In this document: positions 53,086 to 64,000 of the stretch, one piece after another | How positions within the stretch are numbered: the first letter of the stretch is position 1 | How the letters are laid out: the number at the start of each line of letters is the position of its first letter | Origin: Octopus vulgaris | Lineage: Eukaryota | Assembly (NCBI GenBank): GCA_951406725.2 | Contig: OX597814.1 | Coordinates: 143,592,001 to 143,656,000 of the forward strand | DNA: 64,000 bases | Reading direction: 5' to 3' | The notes under the pieces: model-generated | Database searches by the model: none | What the model was told of the DNA's origin: nothing | Seen by the model: the letters and a program-made list of their open reading frames with translations, nothing else | Program-made: the position numbers and the translations under genes

Positions 53086-54455
53086 ACTGCCTTCCTTTAC
53101 CATCATTATGTATATACTACCTGTATCATTATTAGGTTCGTCCTTCGTGTAGCTGAAGATGACCAGGTTATCACCTTCACAATTTGTAGGCCCTGGGGTG
53201 GCATATTTGGCCAATTTTGGCATGAAATCAGTGGTTACAACGAGGGTACAAAATAGGAGAGCGAAGGTCCGTCATGAATCTTGCCTTCTATGTAGCCCTC
53301 CCCTTTTTAGCTTCTCTGATCCGTTTCGGTTTAGTCCCGTATACACAGCATTATGCCTCCGTGAGGAATCCTGAGCAAGATGAACCCATGTGTCCTTTTT
53401 TTTATAGTTGTCCCGAGTGCGTCCTCGGATCTCTTTACCTATGTATAATGAATATATATTTAGATATTTTTGCATGTGTGTGTATAAAACATAGTCACAA
53501 GTATCAGATTCTTCAAATGAGAACAAAATCTAGAAGCGTTTATCAGATTATGTACATCGTATTTCCAAGACTAATTAGAAAATATGAAAAGTTATTAATA
53601 AAGATAATCAAACCAGGAAATGTCAGAAAGAACATCCACACACATATATATTTAAATGTATGTATATGTATGTTTAATGTTTGTTTATTATGTCAACTTA
53701 TATGTGTAAACAATTTAACATTAAACTCAAAGATTACGTAGTATTTTAATGGTGTACAGATTCATTTAATGGTGTACAGATTCCCCTGACTGTGCTTTAC
53801 ATGGGTTCTTTTTGGCTTTATATCATCTTTGGCAAGTTGGGATTTTGGTTGAATGGAAAGGTAGGTAGGGTTACGTGTAGCGTAAGTAGATCAGGGAAGG
53901 ATTTGTGAAGGAAAGACGAATTGTAGTGAATGAGATGACAGTAATGGAAAGGAGATTTATTTTAGTTTGGTACAGGAATTTTATCGTTTAGGGTTCAGTC
54001 GCAAGTAGAAGTATTGTTGTAAACAGTTATGTCAAATTCAAGTGCGATTTTTGTTGCTTTAGGCTTCACAAAAGAATGTTTGTAGGTAAACTATTTGGTC
54101 ATACAGCGTTAGGTCACACTTAGGTTGAATTGGTTTTAGTAGTATTGGATCTCTATTAAGAAATTTTAAAGAGTATATGTATGTGCGTGTATGGGCGTGT
54201 ATGTGCGTATTTGTGTTTGTATGTGTATGTGTTTATCTCTTGCAATCTAAAACTTCCAGAAATTTAATCAATAAGTAGCAAAATATAAAAGCTATTTTTA
54301 AAAATAGCTACTTGCTTCGCCACGCACCAAATTTAGAAATAGCAGTTAAAATACTTTTTCCACTACCATAAATAACACCCAGACAGTAACACGCTTATTT
54401 TACGTTGGCAAAAAAAAAAAAATAAATAAATAAAAAATACACACGAGTTAGATTC

Positions 54456-54515
54456 GCTACATACGCGTTTCGGGATTATAGTAATTACTTACTTATTTCA
54501 CCTCACCAGTGCAGC
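54456..54515 (-). ncRNA. Type I hammerhead motif with one core substitution
   Basis: Minus strand: gctgca CTGGTGA gg...ccc GAAAC gc GTA tgtagc. Confidence 0.6.
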
Positions 54516-54703
54516 ATTTCGAATATAAATTTGAGAGTGCTACAATTAAATATGTACGCGATCAAGCGTCATCGCATAACTGATATTTAACCGGCACTTC
54601 CAAAAATATACAGCCGAATGGGAACACGCATTTATCCTCAAAGCCAACGTATGTTAGAGTAATCTTGCAGAAACTGCAGTTTTTCGATCAGGGAGTAAAT
54701 TAT

Positions 54704-55052
54704 GTTTAGTTAGTTAGTTAGTTAATTTGGCTCAAAAGCAAATAGCAAGGCCATGTAGGGGGACATGGAGTTAAGTACAGGGTGGTGTTCATGTAAAGAG
54801 TTCAGGCCACTTGAGGTCCAGGGAGGCTTTGAACAAAGCGGTCGTCGGCATCTTCACCATCTCGTCTGGCAGCTTGTTCCACGGATCCGCAACCCGGACG
54901 GAGAAAGCTCCTTTCCTTCGATTGAGATGAAATCGTCGCAGGTAGAGCTTTTCGGAATGACACCGCAGCCGATGCTCTGGAGCAGGAGTGAAGAACAGCT
55001 CTTTCGAGAGGTTTCACTTTCCGCTTATGATGTTGTGGGCGAGAATGAGATT
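54704..55052 (-). mobile_element. 5'-truncated CR1-type LINE 3' end with (TAAC)n tail
   Basis: Minus frame LFFTPAPEHRLRCHSEKL...RRKGAFSVRVADPWNKLP...FKASLD..W is the CR1 ORF2 C-terminal signature. Confidence 0.85.
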
Positions 55053-55216
55053 TTAATAATAATAATAGGGTAAAAATTAATTAATTAATTTTACCCTTTT
55101 ATTATACATATATATGGAGTTTTAATGCAGGTGTTATTCATATTCTTTATACACATCCATCACATTCTGTCAAAATGTCTTATTGATGAGTTTGGTTTCT
55201 TTCTTTCTTTTTTTCT

Positions 55217-55301
55217 TTCCCTGATGAGAAGATTACATTGCTTTATACCATTTTATTCCTTTGGAATAATTCGAATATTGTTTTCGAAACATACGTCGGA
55301 A
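55217..55301 (+). ncRNA. Type I hammerhead with canonical core and GUC site
   Basis: ttcc CTGATGA gaaga...ttttc GAAAC atac GTC ggaa; flanked by a ~35-bp inverted repeat (55114-55148 / 55306-55339). Confidence 0.8.
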
Positions 55302-55502
55302 GTAAAAGAATTTGAATAACACCTGCGTTTAATTCCATTTATTTATTTATATATATTACACAAATTATTTCACACCAGCCCGGAGTTTCTACCTTTACAA
55401 ACAGGGTGTTACGTCCTTATTACTTGTGCGAGTTTTGCTGCCCTGGTAACTGTTTATTTATTTTTTCCGTGTTAATTGTAAACAAAGGGAAGATTCACAC
55501 AT

Positions 55503-55560
<58 letters not shown>

Positions 55561-55590
55561 TTTATTTTAAGCAGCAGAAATACGGTCTAA

Positions 55591-55664
55591 AATTTATTTT
55601 ATAGAAGGAGCTTCTACAGGACTAGAACTCTAGTCCTGTAGAAGCTCCTTCTATAAAATAAATT
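55591..55664. repeat. Perfect 36-bp-arm palindrome with 2-nt spacer inside a (TA)n-flanked insertion
   Basis: aatttattttatagaaggagcttctacaggactaga ac tctagtcctgtagaagctccttctataaaataaatt. Confidence 0.92.
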
Positions 55665-55751
55665 ACTTTACTCTGCAATGTATTGAGTACCTTATTTACT
55701 GTGGTTAACCCCGACTCAACCCGGGACCTACATATATATATATATATATAT

Positions 55752-55854
<103 letters not shown>

Positions 55855-56529
55855 TATGTATATGTATGCATGTGTGTGTGCGCATGCGTGTGTAAGCGCA
55901 CCAGCGCTTATTTATTGATTAAACAGACGTTTTTATATATAAATGATAAAAGGAGATACGTTAGATGAATTGATAATTTAAGCGGCGAGAGTTTGCTCAA
56001 AATAAAAACGATATTTGTATAAGTTACTTGCAATGTTTGCAGGTGCTGCAGTTGTTTATATATTATATATGCCAGAATAAATGCATGCAATTAAAAATTG
56101 AAAAGATAGTAACACTGACAGCGTATTAATATACAATACACTGACACTACATCAACAATATATAATTTTAGTTTAATACGAATGTTGTAATATGGAATTT
56201 TGTCACATGAAATAATGTTACGTGAATGTTATAATATGAAATTAAGTTTGATTTATATCATAGGTTTTCTGTCTGATTTTTGTTCTTTGGTTTCAGTGAT
56301 TTGTTTTCAGCCAGGATGGGGGACGCTGCTTTCACCATTCGCATTCATCGTAATACAATTCAGTTATTACTTTTGTTTGTTGATCATTATATCGATTTGC
56401 ATTCATTGAACTACGAAGTCAAGATTTTGATTTAAACGCGTCCAGTTCAAATCACAGAACACTTAAACAAGCGCATATAGAGCGCAAAAATTCGAAGTCA
56501 CAATAGTTTATTAATTTAGATTAATTTAT

Positions 56530-56745
56530 TAGGAGTGATTGAGTGGTTAAGAAGCTTGACTTGCAGTTATGTGCTTCCGGTACCTTGGCTAAGCATCTTC
56601 TTATGTCTTCTACTATTGTCCTGGATCGACGAATGTCTTGTGAGTGAATTTGGTTGATGGAAAGTTTGTGGAAGTTTGTTTTATACATGTATATATGAAT
56701 GCTTGTGTTTTTTGTGTTTGTGTTTATTTTCTCCACCGCCGGACA
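56530..56745 (+). mobile_element. SINE family B, degraded
   Basis: ggagtgattgagtggttaagaagcttg...ttgtgagtgaatttgg. Confidence 0.65.
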
Positions 56746-56777
56746 TCCGCGTAAGATATCAGTACGGTAAGTAGCAG

Positions 56778-56821
<44 letters not shown>

Positions 56822-56835
<14 letters not shown>

Positions 56836-57037
56836 GTTGTTTATTCATTCTCGAGCCATGCTTGGCTCATAAGGGCCGGTTTCTCGGTTTCGTTGATGTA
56901 TAGGGTTCCCAACCTGGACGGGACGCGTGGAGCTTTGGGGTTTCGCTTATAAACACACACATCGCACGGTATGAGATTCGAACCCGTGATCCCTCGACCG
57001 CGAGTCCTCTACTCTAACCACTAGGCCATATTCCTCC
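56822..57037 (-). mobile_element. SINE with family D head and (CAA)n tail
   Basis: Minus head tggcctagtggttagagtagaggactcgcggtcgagggatcacgggttcgaatc. Confidence 0.75.
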
Positions 57038-57569
57038 ACACACACAGACACACACACAGACACACAGACACACACACACACGCATTTAAAAGGAGAAACA
57101 CAACTTAGCTATTCTTAACTGACTTTTATATGTGTTAATCCCCACAACCACTTAGACCCTCTGAAGAATCCTAGGGGCACATCTACTATCCAAGTCTTGT
57201 CTGCTCATCCCTGCATAACACTGAAGAGATGGAGATAACCTGGAAGACTTCGTTGCCTCTTGGCAGAAATAGCCCTAAGGAACTAGTTCCTGCACACCCA
57301 TTTAGTTTTTTACCAGTTTGCTCATTTGCTCAATTGCTAATTTGCTTCTATATGCTAATATGTATTCACACCCTTGTTTATGCAGCTACCAGTTTTTTCC
57401 ACTCGCTAATCTGTACCACTCATACATGTGTGTGTATTCATCCAATACATTTGAATAAATAGACGCAATGGAATGTTTACCGGCTGATGTCTGTCGATTT
57501 TATATCCTCTCCGTTTTCTTATTTGCTATCACCACCTGTCTTCGTCTTTTGATTTTTTCGTAAACTCTC

Positions 57570-57625
<56 letters not shown>

Positions 57626-60220
57626 GTTCGATTTATTCGAATAAACCCTTCAACATGTTGCCCCAGTATGACTGCAATCCAACAACGGATACAAGTACAT
57701 GCGACAATATTCCTCAATCATTTATCTCCCTTGGATTGATGCATCACGTCATTTATCAAATTACTGCCTCACAAAATATGCACATCTTCCATCAAAATAT
57801 ATATAAAAGTTAAACAATTTTATCATAAAGGTTTTTGTACAAAAGAAACTTGAATAATGAAAAAAATATCAGAACAAACGCAGGTATATCTATCGGGGAA
57901 ATATAATAATGGAATTAAGTAAAAAAAAATATACGAAAATGTAAAACAATTTTATATAACTTTTCACTCTTCTCATAAGATCAAGGAGAAAGACCAGAAG
58001 CATTAACAGTGGGAATTCTGCTGATTCATTGAGTCAAGTAATCAATTTATTTATTAGAATAGCTGTTGATGACAACCCTATCCTCATGTCATCATTTTCT
58101 TGTCTGTAACTTAATTGTAACAAATGTTACAAAAACCTGGTTTATATAGATATGTGGAGACAAAAGGAACAAGTCTTTGAAAGCTTGCTGAATAAAGGAA
58201 GTAGGAATGGATCTATGAGTTTCATTCAAAAATAAGCACAAACCGAACAAAAAGATAGTCGAGGACGGAAGAGCCTTCGGCTCCTTTTTTGCTGGTTAGT
58301 CATTTTTCACTTTTGACAGATCAATGGTAAAATGTCTCAGTATCTGTCTTTCTGTAGGTATAATGTATTCCAGAATGTAATGTTTCAAAATGTTTAAATA
58401 TGTTGCACGTGAGAACCACTGCGTATGACTCAATAGAATTGACTACTCAGAGCCCATTTTATCGTGAATAACTGTGTGTGAACAAGCGGTGATGAATGAT
58501 TATTGCACAGATGAAATTAACAGCCTCAATAACTGCCTACAAAACCATTTCAAATTTTCAGGAAGATATTTTAGAGATAATGCATATCTGTGGAGAAACA
58601 ATGCGTTATCACATGACATGTTTGTTTTTCATAACTGCAATGATGTCTAATCTAACAACAATTATAGTTAAGGCTCCATTAGTAAAAGTTAACCAAACTA
58701 TACTACGGAGACCGTTACTCTCAGAGAAGATTTCTGATTTCTGCATTACATCAAGATCCTTTGTGCCTTGATGCAGTTTCACAGAACAGCAAATCATATT
58801 TCACTTCGCTTCGACTTGATAAAAGCTAGCAATTAACAACTTCGCAAGATTCATCAATTTGCACAGAATTGTTTGTTCAGTTCAGCTAAATTACAACAGT
58901 TCAATAACTTCTCTCAATTATATCTTGATGGTTGAAGCAATGCCCGAATGAATAGTGTCATAAGATAGGTATATGAATTAATTCTTCTACTTCACTCTTT
59001 CCCTCACATATATGTTCCACTTTGCCGTTCACACAATGCTTAATGAACCTTTCCACAATGTCATAAAGTGTTATTTTGTCTTTGCTATTTATTGTGTTAT
59101 GTGATAAGAAGCCGCAAGCATTCGTTTATCATTAGATATGAATTTTCGAGTTTAATATATTCACCAATATTCAGATATAATATATTCTCCTTCTGTCATG
59201 TGAACTTTTACACTAGGAATAAATTTACTCCTGTTTGTGAGTCACTCACAGATAAATATTTATATTTACCATTCTTTATCATTTATATCTATCGTCCTTT
59301 GTACAATCAGTGGAGATCAAATTCTACCCACCAAATCGTTGATTCATCAATTAGCGATGTTACTGAATTGAGAAAAAAACACAACTACACAAATATTGTA
59401 CCCTTGAACATACTTAAATATGTAGAATATTCAGCCTTAAGGACAGTGCTCCACCAAGGCCTTTTCGATGATGAATAAATTAAACTAAAGAAACCAAAAA
59501 AGAGATCAAAGAATATTAAGTACAAAGTTATACTCAGGTGTATAGGAAACGTGATCAAAGGTATACAAAACGTGAGCAGGGGTTCAGCCTCCTATTTTTC
59601 AGGGAGAGTGTATGGAGGAACTCATTTACTAGTGCTCTTTTTTTGATTTTAGAGAGATTTGCTGCCATTTCGAAAAGCTCGATGCAACCGCTTAGAGGCC
59701 CTCATGTCGGTTCGCTTATGATAAAGTATATAACACATCAGAGCGGCCATCATTTTTTTTTCTTTCGTTTTTGACTTCAATACTAACTTTCTTCTACTTA
59801 AAGAAATCTATATTATTGTCGACTGTGCCAGATTATGTGGAAGTATTGATTTCTAACAGATGAACAAAGCCTCAACTTTGTAGGGAAGATGTGGTCGATT
59901 ATATCGACCCCAGTACTTATTGTATTGACCCCAGAAAGATGAAGGACAAAAATCGATTTCGGCGGGATTTGAACTCAGAAAATAAATGTCCTGTAACTTT
60001 ATACCACAAGGCATATTGTCTGACCTGGAGCCAAGCAAAAACTACATCTGTAGAAGCATTAATAACCGTGTTTAGATCGGCTCCACTAAAGAACTAAGTA
60101 ATGTAATAATAGAAATACTTCGTTTGCAATTTCAATAAAATAACACTGTTTGGTTTGAAATTGCAAATTACAGTGCGAAAACAATGTTCTGCCGCTGAAA
60201 TTAAAAACATGCCAGTATTT

Positions 60221-60457
60221 AAGGCGGTGAGCTGGCAGAAACATTAGCACGCCGGGCGAAATGCTTAGCAGTATTTCGTCTGCCGCTACGTTCTGAGTTC
60301 AAATTCCGCCGAGGTCGACTTTGCCTTTCATCTTTTCAGGGTCGATTAAATAAATACCAGTTACGCACTGAGGTCGATATACTCGATTTAATCCGTTTGT
60401 CTGTCCTTGTTTGTCCCCTCTATGTTTAGCCCTTTGTGGGCAATAAAGAAATAAGTA
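60221..60457 (+). mobile_element. SINE family A, full length with 9-bp TSD
   Basis: aaggcggtgagctggcagaa...aaagaaataagtat; flanks AGTATTTAA at 60214 and 60454. Confidence 0.9.
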
Positions 60458-60599
60458 TTTAAACGAGTAGATGAAACTTCGTCGATATCGACGGTGAGCA
60501 TTCAGTTTTTTTCGAACAACTGAAATCCTACTCGTGGAAATAACATGTATACAGCTGAGTATTCCACACATATATGTAAAAATTAAGTAAAATTCCTTC

Positions 60600-60825
60600 C
60601 CAAGTCATAGACTTATAGGACCGGTTTCCCGGTTTCCGTGGCATATATATTCCCCGTCCAGATATATGACGCCGGTCCGTCCGTCGCAGGATTACTCAAT
60701 TTTGCTGGCCGAGTGGACTGGAGCAACGTGAAATGAAGTGTTTTACTCAATAACACAACGTGTCGCCTGGTCCAGGAATCGAAACCACAATCTTACGCCA
60801 CAAACCACTAAGCCACGTGCTTCCA
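60600..60825 (-). mobile_element. SINE family C
   Basis: Minus head gaagcacgtggcttagtgg..ggtttcgattcctggacc. Confidence 0.75.
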
Positions 60826-62680
60826 CTTCAAGCACGTAAACCCTTAATATAATTTTTAAGAAGGATTGATGTGTCACAATATGAAAGAACTGCATCTTTC
60901 AATTACAAGATGCATCCGAAGAAAGCCAACGAAGAATTATCCCAATACTGGATTGGTATTTATGGACAGGGTAAAAGGCATAAATGACTTCGGCTAGGTT
61001 TGAACCCAGACTGCAGAGACCGTAAAGAATACAAGATATTCTATCTGATACTGTAATGAATTCTTTCTTTTTCTTTTCTTTTCTTTTTTGATAAGCGTAT
61101 GATGTTGAACTCGCCGTTGTTTATTTAAAAGATTATTAGCTTGGGAAGTAATTATAAAACTTAGTTGTAGACTACGTTAGTTAGTTATGGGAGCCCTGTA
61201 TAATTAAAAAAGACTCAAGTGGCTGTAACTGATATTGAATATTTTCTGTACAGTTGAAAAATTGTGAAAGCAAAGAAAATTCAAGTTGTTTTCATAAAGA
61301 TAATTAAGTCTGCCGCCCGTGCTACGCTGTGTAGTTTCTTTCAAAATTTACCAAAGCTAATTGCAATAAAAATATTTAAAACTCTAATTCTTTATAAGCA
61401 TTATTTTGAGACAATAAACTAAAATATTTCTCTAAAATATTTTAAATATTACTTGACCACCTTTCTACTTACCAAACGGAAAAAAAAGAAAGAAGGAAAG
61501 AAAGAAAGAATTCAGTAATACTCGCTCAGTGTCTTATATTTCTATTTTCTTCATTTTACAATAATTTGTATTAGTATGAATTATTAGCTGTCTCTGAGAA
61601 ATATTTAATAACTTCTGAAAACTTTTGTTACCTCGAAGGGAAAACTTGAAAAGGAATTTTGACAGATAATTTATTCACGTCAGACATTGATAATTATTGA
61701 CTTGCAGAATACTCCGTGTTGCTCAGACTGAAAAATGACTATACAAGTTGTTTTCATATTGCCTAGAATTGCTTTGAACGAAGATGTATTGTAATAGAAA
61801 ACATTATGATAGCACTACTTGTGGATATATTATATTTTTGATTTCACCTGCCATGTTACAACTAAGAAGACTGTTAGATCTAGCTGTACGCAAAGCAAAA
61901 TTTCTTAAACTGCGGTCCACAAACTATCAAAAGTTTCCAACAGGGTTTACTGATTGACATAATGAACCTAAATTTGCATGAGAAATTAAAGTATTCTAAA
62001 TAGACTGGGCACATGTGTTGGTGTGTGTAAAATTGTGAGTATAACTTCTTTTTGTGCATTCAGTGAGAATTTTCATCTCGATGACATATGGCTGAAGTTT
62101 CTAAACTGGATTAATGCAGCTATAGGTTGATTCAGGAATCAGGCTAATTTGCTATTGTAGGTTGAAAATTAAGAAGTCGAAGAAAATTCATAGAATCAAA
62201 CGTGTTTGTAAAGCACGTTGAAATGCAGAAATGATTAAATTAAGTATTTTTATTCTAAAATTTGAGTTTTCATGAAAGTACAATGAGAAAGTAATCGCTG
62301 TGCCGAGATCTGGGGCAGAAAGAAAAGCATTATAAAGAGAGGTGGATTAGATAGATTAAATAGACAGGAGAGAGTTTGATAGTGAGGGAGAGAAAGAGAC
62401 AAGAGAAATTGATGGTAGTCACCAACCAAGCGAGGTAGGTAATCAGGCAAACAGATAAATGACCATAGAGATGACTAGAAGAAAGAGTGATAGAAGAATA
62501 GGTAATAGGTAAGGTGAGAAACGCCAAAGCTATATATTGCTAGAAAGTGAGGAAGCGGGTTGGAGAAATTTGTTCACGATAATGAACTCCAGGACGAAAA
62601 CGGATCCAAGCTTCAAGCAGAAAATTTAGAATTCCTGAAAGGAAATGGAAAAATACCGTCGATTTCGATGGGTACTTTGC

Positions 62681-62777
62681 TGTATGTATGTATGTATGTA
62701 TGTATGTATGTATGTATGTATGTATGTATGTATGTATGTATGTATGTATGTATGTATGTATGTATGTATGTATGTAC
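62681..62777. repeat. (TATG)n microsatellite
   Basis: Direct reading. Confidence 0.95.
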
Positions 62778-64000
62778 AAACATTGTCACACACCCACACA
62801 CAAACACAAATACATATACATCTATATGCGTATGTATGCATGCTGTATGTATGTATATCATGGAGATAGCGATCGGAATAAAAACACAAATCGTATGTTT
62901 ATTGAACATATATCGTTCTGTTTTCTTGTATTTTTGAATTTGTTAAATTTTCTACATCACAAATTATATCCTTATCTTCCCCCATATTTATATCTATCTT
63001 AAATACCGCTATGTTTTATCTAACCTAAGAAATCGTAGAAATAAGCAAAGCCATATTTAACGTCTATTAGTATCAATAAATATGTTCTAAATACTATAAT
63101 AGCGCACCGATGAGAGAAACAACAATACGAAACTTAAAGTACAAATTCAGTGCAAAAAAAAAAAGAAAAAAAATAGAGTTTAATATTCCATATTGTGGAA
63201 AGGAAATGTAATACTGCAAAAACAAAACCAAAACAGAAGTCTCATAAATCGGAAAGGAAAATGAAGACATTCTTACACATTCACTTTTCCACCACTTCCT
63301 CTTTCTTATATTTCTCTGTTTGTTTCGCTTCATTCTCTCTCACACTCTCACTCTTTCTCATTCATAGACGTTTGCGCACATATTACTCTCTGTGTATTAT
63401 AAGCGCACTTACTAAGCAAGTATTCACATTCACCAATGCACTTTCATAGTCAAACACATTGAAACATCTATACATTAGTTGAGGCACCTTCACAAGCACA
63501 CATGCGCACGCAATCAATAAACAGACATTACTTCAAAGAGAAAATCAAACAAAAATAGAATAAAAGCTATCTTACAAGAATAATGATCTTGCACGAATAA
63601 GAAAAAAAAGAAAGAAAAAGAAGAAAGAATGCGGGATAAGGTTGGATGTGGGGAGTGTTTCAAGATATAAGAATATTTTCGGGACACAAAGCTAAGTAAA
63701 TATAAACACTTAGACATTAATAGGTCTGGTATATGACAAATGGATTTTATTGAAAGATAAATGCTATAGAACATAAAAATATCAGACATAAAACTAATTT
63801 GGAGAGAAGTATTCTGTGTTACATTACGAAGAGTGAACGTTGCCTGCAGAAACTTATTCCAGTATATCTATGCATAGATAGTTTCACAAAGGAGTTAGTT
63901 TAGAAGCTCAGTTGACATTTGCCAGAGGTTGCATAAAACACAATCGTGAAATTATGATAATCATTCCATCTATTTCATATTGACACACTGACATAAATAA

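Noticed and set aside
57830-59480. Microsatellite-free stretch that may be an old DNA transposon ORF on the minus strand
   Set aside because: Only one weak motif (YLSYDTIHSGI); no TIRs or sustained frame.
63107-63141. CCGATGA g..c GAAAC ttaaa GTA
   Set aside because: Neither stem I nor stem II is supported.

Overview
Gene-poor, AT-rich, microsatellite-saturated animal DNA. The tRNA-derived SINE families and repeat landscape suggest an Octopus-type cephalopod (inference from recalled repeat families, not a database search). No intact host gene is evident, and most long ORFs in the track are microsatellite artefacts. The window holds four tRNA-derived SINE families, 5'-truncated CR1/L2- and RTE-type LINE pieces, four decayed Tc1/mariner elements plus two mariner MITEs, and a decayed hATm-like transposon. 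It also holds many short fold-back elements, mostly in TA-rich microsatellites, that look like Penelope-like element (PLE) ends; about ten carry minimal type I hammerhead ribozyme motifs, intact or decayed. The most unusual signal is a two-copy, exactly colinear ~95-nt motif (3399-3494 and 25351-25446). It has all hammerhead core elements (NUH, GAAA, CUGAAGA) and compensatory changes in stems I, II and III, but its strands are in an order matching none of the three known circular permutations. It is a candidate knotted or trans/dimer-acting hammerhead. All RNA structures were read by eye and are untested.
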